Below the pieces are notes generated by a model. The model searched no databases. It was given only the letters and a program-made list of their open reading frames with translations, and was not told where the DNA came from. Source: Candidatus Campbellbacteria bacterium (GTDB lineage Bacteria; Patescibacteriota; Minisyncoccia; Phycocordibacterales; EsbW-18). From it: a stretch of DNA of 64,000 bases. The stretch covers positions 204,993-268,992 of the forward strand of contig CP064977.1 in the NCBI GenBank assembly GCA_016699465.1, read 5' to 3'. Within the stretch, counting starts at the first letter, position 1; each line of letters opens with the position of its first letter. Below, one piece after another: positions 18,244-24,827 of the stretch. A program made the position numbers and the translations under genes.

Positions 18244-18846
18244 TTACAGCTCGGCGAGAGCATCCTCGATCTCGTGCATTAAGATGAGGTGCTTCTCAGC
18301 ATGTGGAAGGTAGTAGCGGCGCGTCTCGACAATCTTCCGCTGACGCTTCTCCGGTGTACACGCGTAGAGCGTCAGCAAGTTGTGAAGACGATCAGCCAAC
18401 TTGATCAGGAAGAACTCACGTGGTGCTGCATCGAAGCGGGTGTGGTACACGAGTTCACGTTCATCACGGTCCGCGTACTCCTCCTTGGATGGCTTCGTGA
18501 GGTACTGCACGTAGAGCGCGACCCGCTCTCCATACTTCACCCGAACGCGCTCAATGGTCCAGGACGGAATGTCCTCGACGATGTCATGGAGAAGCGCGGC
18601 GACGATGAGTTCGTAGTCCCTGATGCGCAGATAGTCGAGCAGGATGAGGGCAACGGCACGAATGTGCTCGAAGTACCTCGTCTTCTGGTCATCGCGATAC
18701 TTCCCACGAAACGCGTCCTTGGCGTCGTTGTACGCCTGCTCAATGAGCTTGTAGCGCCAATCAAGCGTCGGGTAGTAGAGGGCCACCCTTCTGAAAAAGC
18801 TCGCACGATTCTCTGCGGCGGTGAGGAACTGCATCTTTTTATTCAT
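18244..18846 (-). CDS. Small alarmone hydrolase (RelA/SpoT-type HD domain, Mesh1-like).
   Basis: HD motif AALLHDIVEDIP and ...YGERVALYVQYLTKP resemble the SpoT hydrolase domain. About 55% GC. RBS AAGGAGG precedes the ATG at 18846; the ORF track extends to 18879. Confidence 0.7.
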   Translation of the reverse strand: MNKKMQFLTAAENRASFFRRVALYYPTLDWRYKLIEQAYNDAKDAFRGKYRDDQKTRYFEHIRAVALILLDYLRIRDYELIVAALLHDIVEDIPSWTIERVRVKYGERVALYVQYLTKPSKEEYADRDERELVYHTRFDAAPREFFLIKLADRLHNLLTLYACTPEKRQRKIVETRRYYLPHAEKHLILMHEIEDALAEL

Positions 18847-18920
18847 CACCCCTCCTTGGGCTGTATGTGGTCTACCCAAATTATGTCACAAAAGAAATGG
18901 GCTGTCTATAAACTATCGTT

Positions 18921-19484
18921 TTATACTTTTCTGTATCGAAAACACGACACAGTGTGATCATTAACCATACCTGTTGCTTGCATATGCGCATAGATAGTTG
19001 TTGAGCCTAAAAATTTGAAACCACGTTTTTTTAAATCGAGTGCAAGTGCATCCGACTCTTTTGTTTTTGGTTGATACTCTTTGAGAGTTTTTATTTTGTG
19101 CGTCATTGGTTTGTGATTCACAAAAGACCAAATATATTTTGAAAATGTGCCAAACTCTTTTTGTACTTCAAGGAAACGCTGTGCGTTGTTTATTGCCGCT
19201 TCAATTTTTGCACGATTGCGGATTATACCTTCGTTTTTTAGAAGCTGCCGTACTTCTTTTTTTCCAAACTGTGCCACCTTTTTAGGATTGAACTGTGCAA
19301 ATGCTTTTCTGTAGTTTTCTCTCTTACGAAGCACGGTGAGCCACGAGAGTCCTGCTTGTGCACTTTCAAGCACTAAAAATTCAAATATCTTTTTGTCATC
19401 ATACACAGGAACACCCCACTCTTCATCGTGATATTTTTCATACAGCGCGTCGCCTTCTTTAACCCACGGACAACGTTTTATCAT
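18921..19484 (-). CDS. tag: DNA-3-methyladenine glycosylase I.
   Basis: EFLVLESAQAGLSWLTVLRKRENYRKAF matches the Tag family; 187 aa. Confidence 0.85.
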   Translation of the reverse strand: MIKRCPWVKEGDALYEKYHDEEWGVPVYDDKKIFEFLVLESAQAGLSWLTVLRKRENYRKAFAQFNPKKVAQFGKKEVRQLLKNEGIIRNRAKIEAAINNAQRFLEVQKEFGTFSKYIWSFVNHKPMTHKIKTLKEYQPKTKESDALALDLKKRGFKFLGSTTIYAHMQATGMVNDHTVSCFRYRKV

Positions 19485-19634
19485 GTTGTGACCCTAACGA
19501 TACAGAACTCAAAACCAATAGTCCAGTTTCTCCAAGAGCTCAGTAGTATAGCCTCTAAATTCTCTAGCCTCCAAAAAGATGTTTCTACACCAACAGCTCA
19601 ACTACAAGAGATACTCCCTTAATGAGTTTAAAAT

Positions 19635-20345
19635 CTATAAACCCACCTCTTTCATTACAACAGTGATGAGATCAAATATCTCTTGTACATTTGCATCTTC
19701 CATCTCTTTTTTTGAAGCAATATGAAAAAGAGAATGTGTTTTATCATTTGCGTCATCTTTAAAAGGAGTTGCCTTTTGTTTGATTCGTTCAATAGCACTT
19801 GAACCCGAAATAGAGAACTTCGTCCGTGACCTAAAAAAATTGTCTAACACAATACTAAAGTCCAAAGATCTCCTACTTGTGTTGTCTTCGTACAGTTTTT
19901 TATTCTTTACACTCGGAAATTTTTTCTTAAGGATTTGTACTATCAAATTTTCCATTACCTTTCGGCAAAGAATAAATGTCGCAGTACAACAATTTGCATG
20001 GTAAGTTCCATTTATTTCCTCAACATGTCGTAGGATAAAACTGTTTGTGGAAGGAAAGACCAAAATTGGAGGAAGTGGGCGCTTTCCACTCCTAACACTC
20101 GGACGCGCAGCCACTGGCACAACAGGTATGGTAGTAACTGTGGCTAATGATTTTTTATCATCATCGTCCAAAAAACGCATGAGGGATTTTCCTTTTTTTC
20201 TTGCCAAATACTGTGCTGCAGCTGCTGGTGTAAGTTGTGGGTGTGCATATTTGATTTCAGAAATACGGACAGCAAGAGAGCCTTTTGTGAGTCTAAGTGT
20301 CTTTATCAGGTGCTCACGAATTTCTTTACGCAGTATCTTTCCCAT
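19635..20345 (-). CDS. Hypothetical protein (236 aa), last gene of the HTH-quartet operon.
   Basis: ORF overlaps the upstream gene by 20 nt. No confident domain; the N-terminus is weakly similar to the HTH paralogs. Confidence 0.5.
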   Translation of the reverse strand: MGKILRKEIREHLIKTLRLTKGSLAVRISEIKYAHPQLTPAAAAQYLARKKGKSLMRFLDDDDKKSLATVTTIPVVPVAARPSVRSGKRPLPPILVFPSTNSFILRHVEEINGTYHANCCTATFILCRKVMENLIVQILKKKFPSVKNKKLYEDNTSRRSLDFSIVLDNFFRSRTKFSISGSSAIERIKQKATPFKDDANDKTHSLFHIASKKEMEDANVQEIFDLITVVMKEVGL

Positions 20346-20529
20346 ATTTTCTTATTGTCTTATTTACAATCTTTGCCACAGCATCAACGTCTGCTTGGTC
20401 AATCCCAAGAATTTCGCGCATCTCCTTGTTCCCCATACCTACTTGTCTGGCATGGAGGATAAATAAAGCCTGTACCCCTTTGTAGAGTTTTTCTTCTGTG
20501 GTAAGAGCCATTCGTTTCTTTTTAGTCAT
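20326..20529 (-). CDS. Small HTH protein, paralog 4 (sigma-70 region 4 / LuxR-like).
   Basis: 67 aa with HTH GMGNKEMREILGIDQADVDAVAKIV. Confidence 0.55.
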   Translation of the reverse strand: MTKKKRMALTTEEKLYKGVQALFILHARQVGMGNKEMREILGIDQADVDAVAKIVNKTIRKYGKDTA

Positions 20530-20719
20530 GAGTTTCTTTGGGAACTCTTATTCCCTTTACTAGACCATTAATTTTTCCAACTGACATGTTCAAGCCTGTT
20601 GCAATTTGTTTTTGTCCTGCACCACCCTTGTACATCTGGACAGCAATCAAGTGTTCTAGAAGGGATGCAATTCTTTGTAGTTTTGCATCTAATAGATGTG
20701 TTTGTTGTTTATTTTTCAT
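20522..20719 (-). CDS. Small HTH protein, paralog 3 (start chosen at MKNKQQ..).
   Basis: HTH GAGQKQIATGLNMSVGKINGLVKGI. Overlaps the neighbouring ORFs by a few nt. The track ORF 20522..20857 has an N-extension that overlaps paralog 2. Confidence 0.45.
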   Translation of the reverse strand: MKNKQQTHLLDAKLQRIASLLEHLIAVQMYKGGAGQKQIATGLNMSVGKINGLVKGIRVPKETHD

Positions 20720-20921
20720 GTTTCTTTTTGTTTTTTCTAGCATTGTGTAAAGCAACATTGACTGTGTTTGGTGTTGTATCAAGCAACTCAGCAATACGTT
20801 TTGGGGAAAGTCCCACATGACCCATTTCCTGTATAACCGCAGATTGTAAAGCTCCACGCTTCACCAGAACTGCCAATAACATCACCACCTCTTTTTGTGT
20901 TTGTAATATCTCTTTGTCCAT
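20709..20921 (-). CDS. Small HTH protein, paralog 2.
   Basis: 70 aa. GLSPKRIAELLDTTPNTVNVALHNARK is a classic sigma-r4/LuxR-type HTH. Confidence 0.6.
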   Translation of the reverse strand: MDKEILQTQKEVVMLLAVLVKRGALQSAVIQEMGHVGLSPKRIAELLDTTPNTVNVALHNARKNKKKHEK

Positions 20922-20923
20922 AG

Positions 20924-21139
20924 TTATTTTTTAGCCCTCTGTAGTGTCTTTTGAACTGCAGGAAGACCCTTACCCAATAATGTGGCTATATCCTTGCTTT
21001 CAAGCCCAATCTTGTCTAGTACGACCTCTAGTTTGACTTTCTTACTTTTTAAGAGTCCCTCGTCCCCCAAAAGTACCAGCACCGCCAAAATAGCAGAGAG
21101 CTTTTTTTCTATGTTTTCAAGGGTTTTTGAGTCATTCAT
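20924..21139 (-). CDS. Small HTH protein, paralog 1.
   Basis: 71 aa, GLESKDIATLLGKGLPAVQKTLQRAKK. Stop and start are 2 nt from paralog 2. Confidence 0.6.
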   Translation of the reverse strand: MNDSKTLENIEKKLSAILAVLVLLGDEGLLKSKKVKLEVVLDKIGLESKDIATLLGKGLPAVQKTLQRAKK

Positions 21140-21260
21140 ATACTTTTTATTATCTCTTATATGGACAGTATAACATAAATAAGCCTGAAATACAATGATT
21201 TTGCCTATTTTTGTCCATCATTACTAAGATTTATGTTTTACCAACGGTGAATAAAAACAT

Positions 21261-21293
21261 ATCGTGGCTTTGTTAAGCCACGCTATGTCTAAC
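21261..21293 (-). terminator. Intrinsic terminator (minus strand) after the 85-aa gene.
   Basis: cgtggctttgttaagccacg hairpin followed on the minus strand by atatgttttta. Confidence 0.5.
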
Positions 21294-21384
21294 TTTTGAA
21301 TATTATATATGAGCACCACAATATATCGGTGTACATATGTCAATTTGACACAGGGTTTCAGTATTACAGGGCAATGACCACCAA

Positions 21385-21642
21385 TTACTGTTTACTACAC
21401 ACTTCACTATTGAGTACAGAACTTAATAGTCTATCAGCAAACTTGTCTCCATTTGCTGAGGCGTGATATAGGGCAGCGACTGCTTCTGTACACTTACCTT
21501 CCTCATAGAAACTCATACCCCTATATATCCATGCTTCTGTATCGTTTTTGTTTCTTTGTTTATAAACAAATATAGCAACAACCAGCACTACAAGGGGTAA
21601 TAAAATAATGAGAGGTTTCTGAATTTTTTGAAAAAATATCAT
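21385..21642 (-). CDS. Small membrane-anchored protein with a Sel1/TPR-like fragment.
   Basis: N-terminal TM segment, then YRGMSFYEEGKCTEAVAALYHASANG. Confidence 0.45.
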   Translation of the reverse strand: MIFFQKIQKPLIILLPLVVLVVAIFVYKQRNKNDTEAWIYRGMSFYEEGKCTEAVAALYHASANGDKFADRLLSSVLNSEVCSKQ

Positions 21643-21752
21643 GAAATGGTTATTTTAGTATTTAGGTATATTAACCTATTTTTACAGCCTGATATTTTGA
21701 TTTGTAAAACAAGTTTTATGAACGTTTGATTTTTGAAAAAAAATCAGTTTTT

Positions 21753-22136
21753 CTAAAACCCAAGCTCCCTCACTGCCTCATGGTACTCTTCTGGGTTACC
21801 TGTAATCGTTTCTCCTGTGAGAGCGTACGACCATTCTGCAACATAAAATCCCGTATAGAGGTCTTTGATAAAGTAGTAAGAGCCTCCCGCTGAACTATAG
21901 CCACCTTTGTATAGGCAAGTTTTCATACTCTTGTTGTATATATACTGTGGTTCAAAATATGTAGTGACAAATGTTTGTTTTTCTAATTCTTTTTCGTGTT
22001 CTTCCTGTCCAGTCTCTCGACACTTGATTGCTTGGTTGGCATAAAACTCGGTATTCCTGCTGGAGGTGTAGAAAAATAAAGAAACAGCTCCAAGCACAAC
22101 TACTAGAGCCGTAAGAATAAAGTTGTTGGTCTTCAT
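21753..22136 (-). CDS. Hypothetical secreted or membrane protein (127 aa).
   Basis: N-terminal signal/TM segment (ILTALVVVLGAVSLFFY); no recognisable domain. Confidence 0.45.
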   Translation of the reverse strand: MKTNNFILTALVVVLGAVSLFFYTSSRNTEFYANQAIKCRETGQEEHEKELEKQTFVTTYFEPQYIYNKSMKTCLYKGGYSSAGGSYYFIKDLYTGFYVAEWSYALTGETITGNPEEYHEAVRELGF

Positions 22137-22668
22137 ATGTGTATCTGCCTAATTAATAAACACAAAACCCGCCACCAGGAGGTCTTGCGACCCTATAGGA
22201 GTTTCCCCCTATAACGTTAGGCACGCCCTGAATGACGGGTTTTTCATGCCTAACGTTTTTGTAACCATGCCCACAAGGGGTTTAGGTCTCCTAAATCTTA
22301 CCGCTTATCTCGTTTTAAAGAAAGCAGAGTTGCATTTTCAAATAAAAAGGTCTAACTTATTGCTAGGCCATGATCGATTGGCAATTAATAAGAAACACTT
22401 TTTGTAGAGGCAGAAACTTCGTTTCATACCTACATTAGCTGCGCCATTACACTTGCTGACTAAGGCATAAATTGAGAGTAACTAGGATTGTCTGGTTGAG
22501 TGTGAGGGGGTAGATGAAGGGCAATGCCCAACTGATGTCTAAAAGTGATTATGCAACCCGCAAGGGTTGTCTACTCGCTTTTGTGCATTGGTTGTTTTTT
22601 TATAACAACCTCTTGTATATGAAGCAACATAAATCATTGTGTTGTTTACTCCACAAGAACGAAGAAAG

Positions 22669-22797
22669 ATGAAAGACATCATTCTTCGTAGAAAAGGTAC
22701 TTCTAAAGAAGAGGCAGAGGTGATGGTTGATAGTTTGTTCGATCTTGCTATTGAATTAGACAAGATCGTGCGTAAACACCATCTGAGGAGAGTTTAA
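22669..22797 (+). CDS. Small ORF (42 aa) upstream of the recombinase; possible directionality or regulatory factor.
   Basis: ATG with stop, MKDIILRRKGTSKEEAEVMVDSLFDLAIELDKIVRKHHLRRV. Not in the ORF track (<60 aa). Weak RBS. Confidence 0.2.
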   Translation: MKDIILRRKGTSKEEAEVMVDSLFDLAIELDKIVRKHHLRRV

Positions 22798-22955
22798 ACG
22801 CTTTCTCCACAGAGAAAGCTGCTGAAATGGGTGGAAGGGTGTGTACTTGTTTCTTTAGTCTATAAAGCACATTTACACACCAACCTCCATTTCTTTATAA
22901 AAACAGAAATTTTGTTTTCTGTGTATTAGGAGCGAAAATTAAACATACATTCACT

Positions 22956-24503
22956 ATGAAAAATATTGCAAAATTAAGCAGACCAAAAACTACTGTCATC
23001 TACACCAGAGTTTCGTCCCAAGAGCAGGTAGCAGGATATAGTCTATCGGATCAAGAAAAGGCGTGCAGAGAGTATGCTCGAAAAAATGAATTGACTGTTA
23101 TTAAGGTTTTTCGTGAAGAGGGAGAATCAGCAAAAATAGCTGACCGTACTCAAATGAACCTGATGAGAGAATATTGCTTGCACAATACAGGCAAAGTTGG
23201 CTTCATTGTTGTCTATAAAGCTGACCGCTTTTCTCGAAACAGTATGGATCACGCACTGCTTCGAAAGTTCTTCAAGGACTGTGGTGTGGAGCTGAGGTCT
23301 GCTACTGAACCTATTGAAGACACTCCTTATGGAAAATTCTTTGAGTTAATGCTCTCAGGAATTGCAAACTTAGATAACGACATCCGAACTGAAAGAACTA
23401 TTCTTGGAATGCGCTCAAAAGCTGAAGATGGATATTGGCCGTCTGGTGCTCCGTGGGGTTATCGAAATGTTACTAATGTTCTTGGAAAGCGTGTTATTGA
23501 ACCTGACCCAATAAAAGCTCCTGTAGTAAAGTTTCTCTTCGAAGAGTTCTCTAGAGGAACAGTTGGTTTTTCTGAGTTAGCAAAAAAAGTAAATAAGATG
23601 TGGGGCGTGAAGAGTAAGCATGGACAAGCAATGAGTAAACAACTTGTTCATAAAATCCTTTGCAATCCAATACATTATGGTTGGGTAGAGGTTTCAAAAC
23701 TTGGAATCTCTGTTCAAGGGAAACATGAGCCAATCATTTCTGCTGAGTTATTCAATGAGGTTCAATTACTTATGAGAAAAGATAGAGGTCATAAACAACC
23801 AAGAAACAGAAACAATCCAGAGTTTCCTCTTAGAGGTGTGAAGTGTGGACATTGTGGAGGTAATCTATCCGGAGGGTTTGTTTCTGGGAGAAATAAAAAA
23901 TATGCCTATTACAGTTGTATGAATCCTTCTTGCTCCAAAGCAAAATCGATACGTAGAGAGAGTTTGGAAAATGACTTCACTGAATTTCTTGAGAAATATA
24001 CTCCAGATCCTATTCTCATGGAGGCTTTGGGAGAAGCATTAAAGATCGTGTCCAAAAAGCAATCTGCTGAAAATCTGATCCAGACCAGTAAGGTAGAGAG
24101 AGTATGTGCCAAGTTGGAGATTGAGATGGAAGAACTCTTACAACTTCGTGTGAGTGGAATTATTGATGATAAAACATATCTTCATGAGAGTAGTAAGAGA
24201 AAAGAAAAAATTAGAAATTTACAAGCGGAGGGAGTCATTCTTGCACGTTCAAATCCAACCCCTGATTCATCAGCCCAATTTGGGCTGAGGTTAATTAGCG
24301 AATTTCCTCTCACATGGAAAATGCTAGAGCCTGGAGAACTGAAAGCACTACGTAGAGTGCTGTTTCCCCAAAATCTCCAGTACATGTATCCTGGATTTAA
24401 AACCGCTGAATTATCCCCTATCTACAAGGTAAAAGCAGCTTCTGGTACAGATGAAAATCGTTTTGTGACCTCATCGGGATTTGAACCCGAGTTTTCGCCT
24501 TGA
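22956..24503 (+). CDS. Large serine recombinase (integrase).
   Basis: N-terminal resolvase catalytic motif YTRVSSQEQ, a recombinase domain, and zinc-ribbon cysteines (CGHCGG...C..C); 515 aa. The last 38 nt overlap tRNA-Glu on the opposite strand. Confidence 0.85.
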   Translation: MKNIAKLSRPKTTVIYTRVSSQEQVAGYSLSDQEKACREYARKNELTVIKVFREEGESAKIADRTQMNLMREYCLHNTGKVGFIVVYKADRFSRNSMDHALLRKFFKDCGVELRSATEPIEDTPYGKFFELMLSGIANLDNDIRTERTILGMRSKAEDGYWPSGAPWGYRNVTNVLGKRVIEPDPIKAPVVKFLFEEFSRGTVGFSELAKKVNKMWGVKSKHGQAMSKQLVHKILCNPIHYGWVEVSKLGISVQGKHEPIISAELFNEVQLLMRKDRGHKQPRNRNNPEFPLRGVKCGHCGGNLSGGFVSGRNKKYAYYSCMNPSCSKAKSIRRESLENDFTEFLEKYTPDPILMEALGEALKIVSKKQSAENLIQTSKVERVCAKLEIEMEELLQLRVSGIIDDKTYLHESSKRKEKIRNLQAEGVILARSNPTPDSSAQFGLRLISEFPLTWKMLEPGELKALRRVLFPQNLQYMYPGFKTAELSPIYKVKAASGTDENRFVTSSGFEPEFSP

Positions 24504-24540
24504 GAAGGCGACGTCCTGGACCAGGCTAGACGATGAGGCC
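24466..24540 (-). tRNA. tRNA-Glu (anticodon CUC).
   Basis: Reverse complement reads GGCCTCATCGTCTAGCCTGGTCCAGGACGTCGCCTTCTCAAGGCGAAAACTCGGGTTCAAATCCCGATGAGGTCA. 7-bp acceptor stem, D-arm like canonical tRNA-Glu, anticodon loop TTCTCAA, T-arm GGTTCAAATCC. Confidence 0.85.
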
Positions 24541-24616
24541 AAATACGGAGACACACAAACTAAGATGAAACCGCCCAGACCAGAATACAAGAAAAAAGAG
24601 CTTGAATCAAATGATT

Positions 24617-24734
24617 ATTTGACAAAATAGATTTTAGTTATAAAATACTGATAGGTAAAACGCCACCCACTATCATGAACCATTAGTACGTTCTTCAGTC
24701 GCCACCCAACGGGATCCTCCGTTGGGTATTTTTT
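24617..24734 (+). ncRNA. Candidate orphan transcription unit (promoter plus intrinsic terminator, ~85-nt transcript) between tRNA-Glu and phoH2.
   Basis: TTGACA, 16 nt, TAAAAT at about 24617-24644. Terminator cccaacgg-gatcct-ccgttggg plus TATTTTTT at 24705-24734. No CDS in between. Confidence 0.3.
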
Positions 24735-24827
24735 GTTTCAAATATTGCCTTTTTTAGCAATCAGCGTACTATCCTAGTGGAATTACCTTGTTCTTTTACA
24801 ATCAAAGAACGAGAACTAAAAGGAGCG

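Larger units (their letters stand above)
19500..24545. mobile_element. Putative small integrative islet at the 3' side of tRNA-Glu. Contains a serine recombinase, a quartet of HTH proteins, a 236-aa unknown and small membrane or secreted proteins. The left boundary is not defined.
   Basis: A recombinase overlaps the tRNA 3' end. The block is AT-rich (~35% GC), gene-sparse and unrelated to the flanking housekeeping genes. Confidence 0.4.

Noticed and set aside
22139-22330. Possible tmRNA, RNase P or SRP RNA in the gene-poor stretch.
   Set aside because: None of the diagnostic conserved sequences is visible on either strand. These would be the tmRNA tRNA-like 3' end GGUUCGAUUCC...CCACCA, the RNase P AGGAAAGUCCGG, and the SRP domain-IV motif.
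22539-22763. 74-aa minus-strand ORF in the noncoding region upstream of the recombinase.
   Set aside because: Low-complexity sequence with no RBS. It overlaps strong RNA hairpins and a more plausible plus-strand small ORF.
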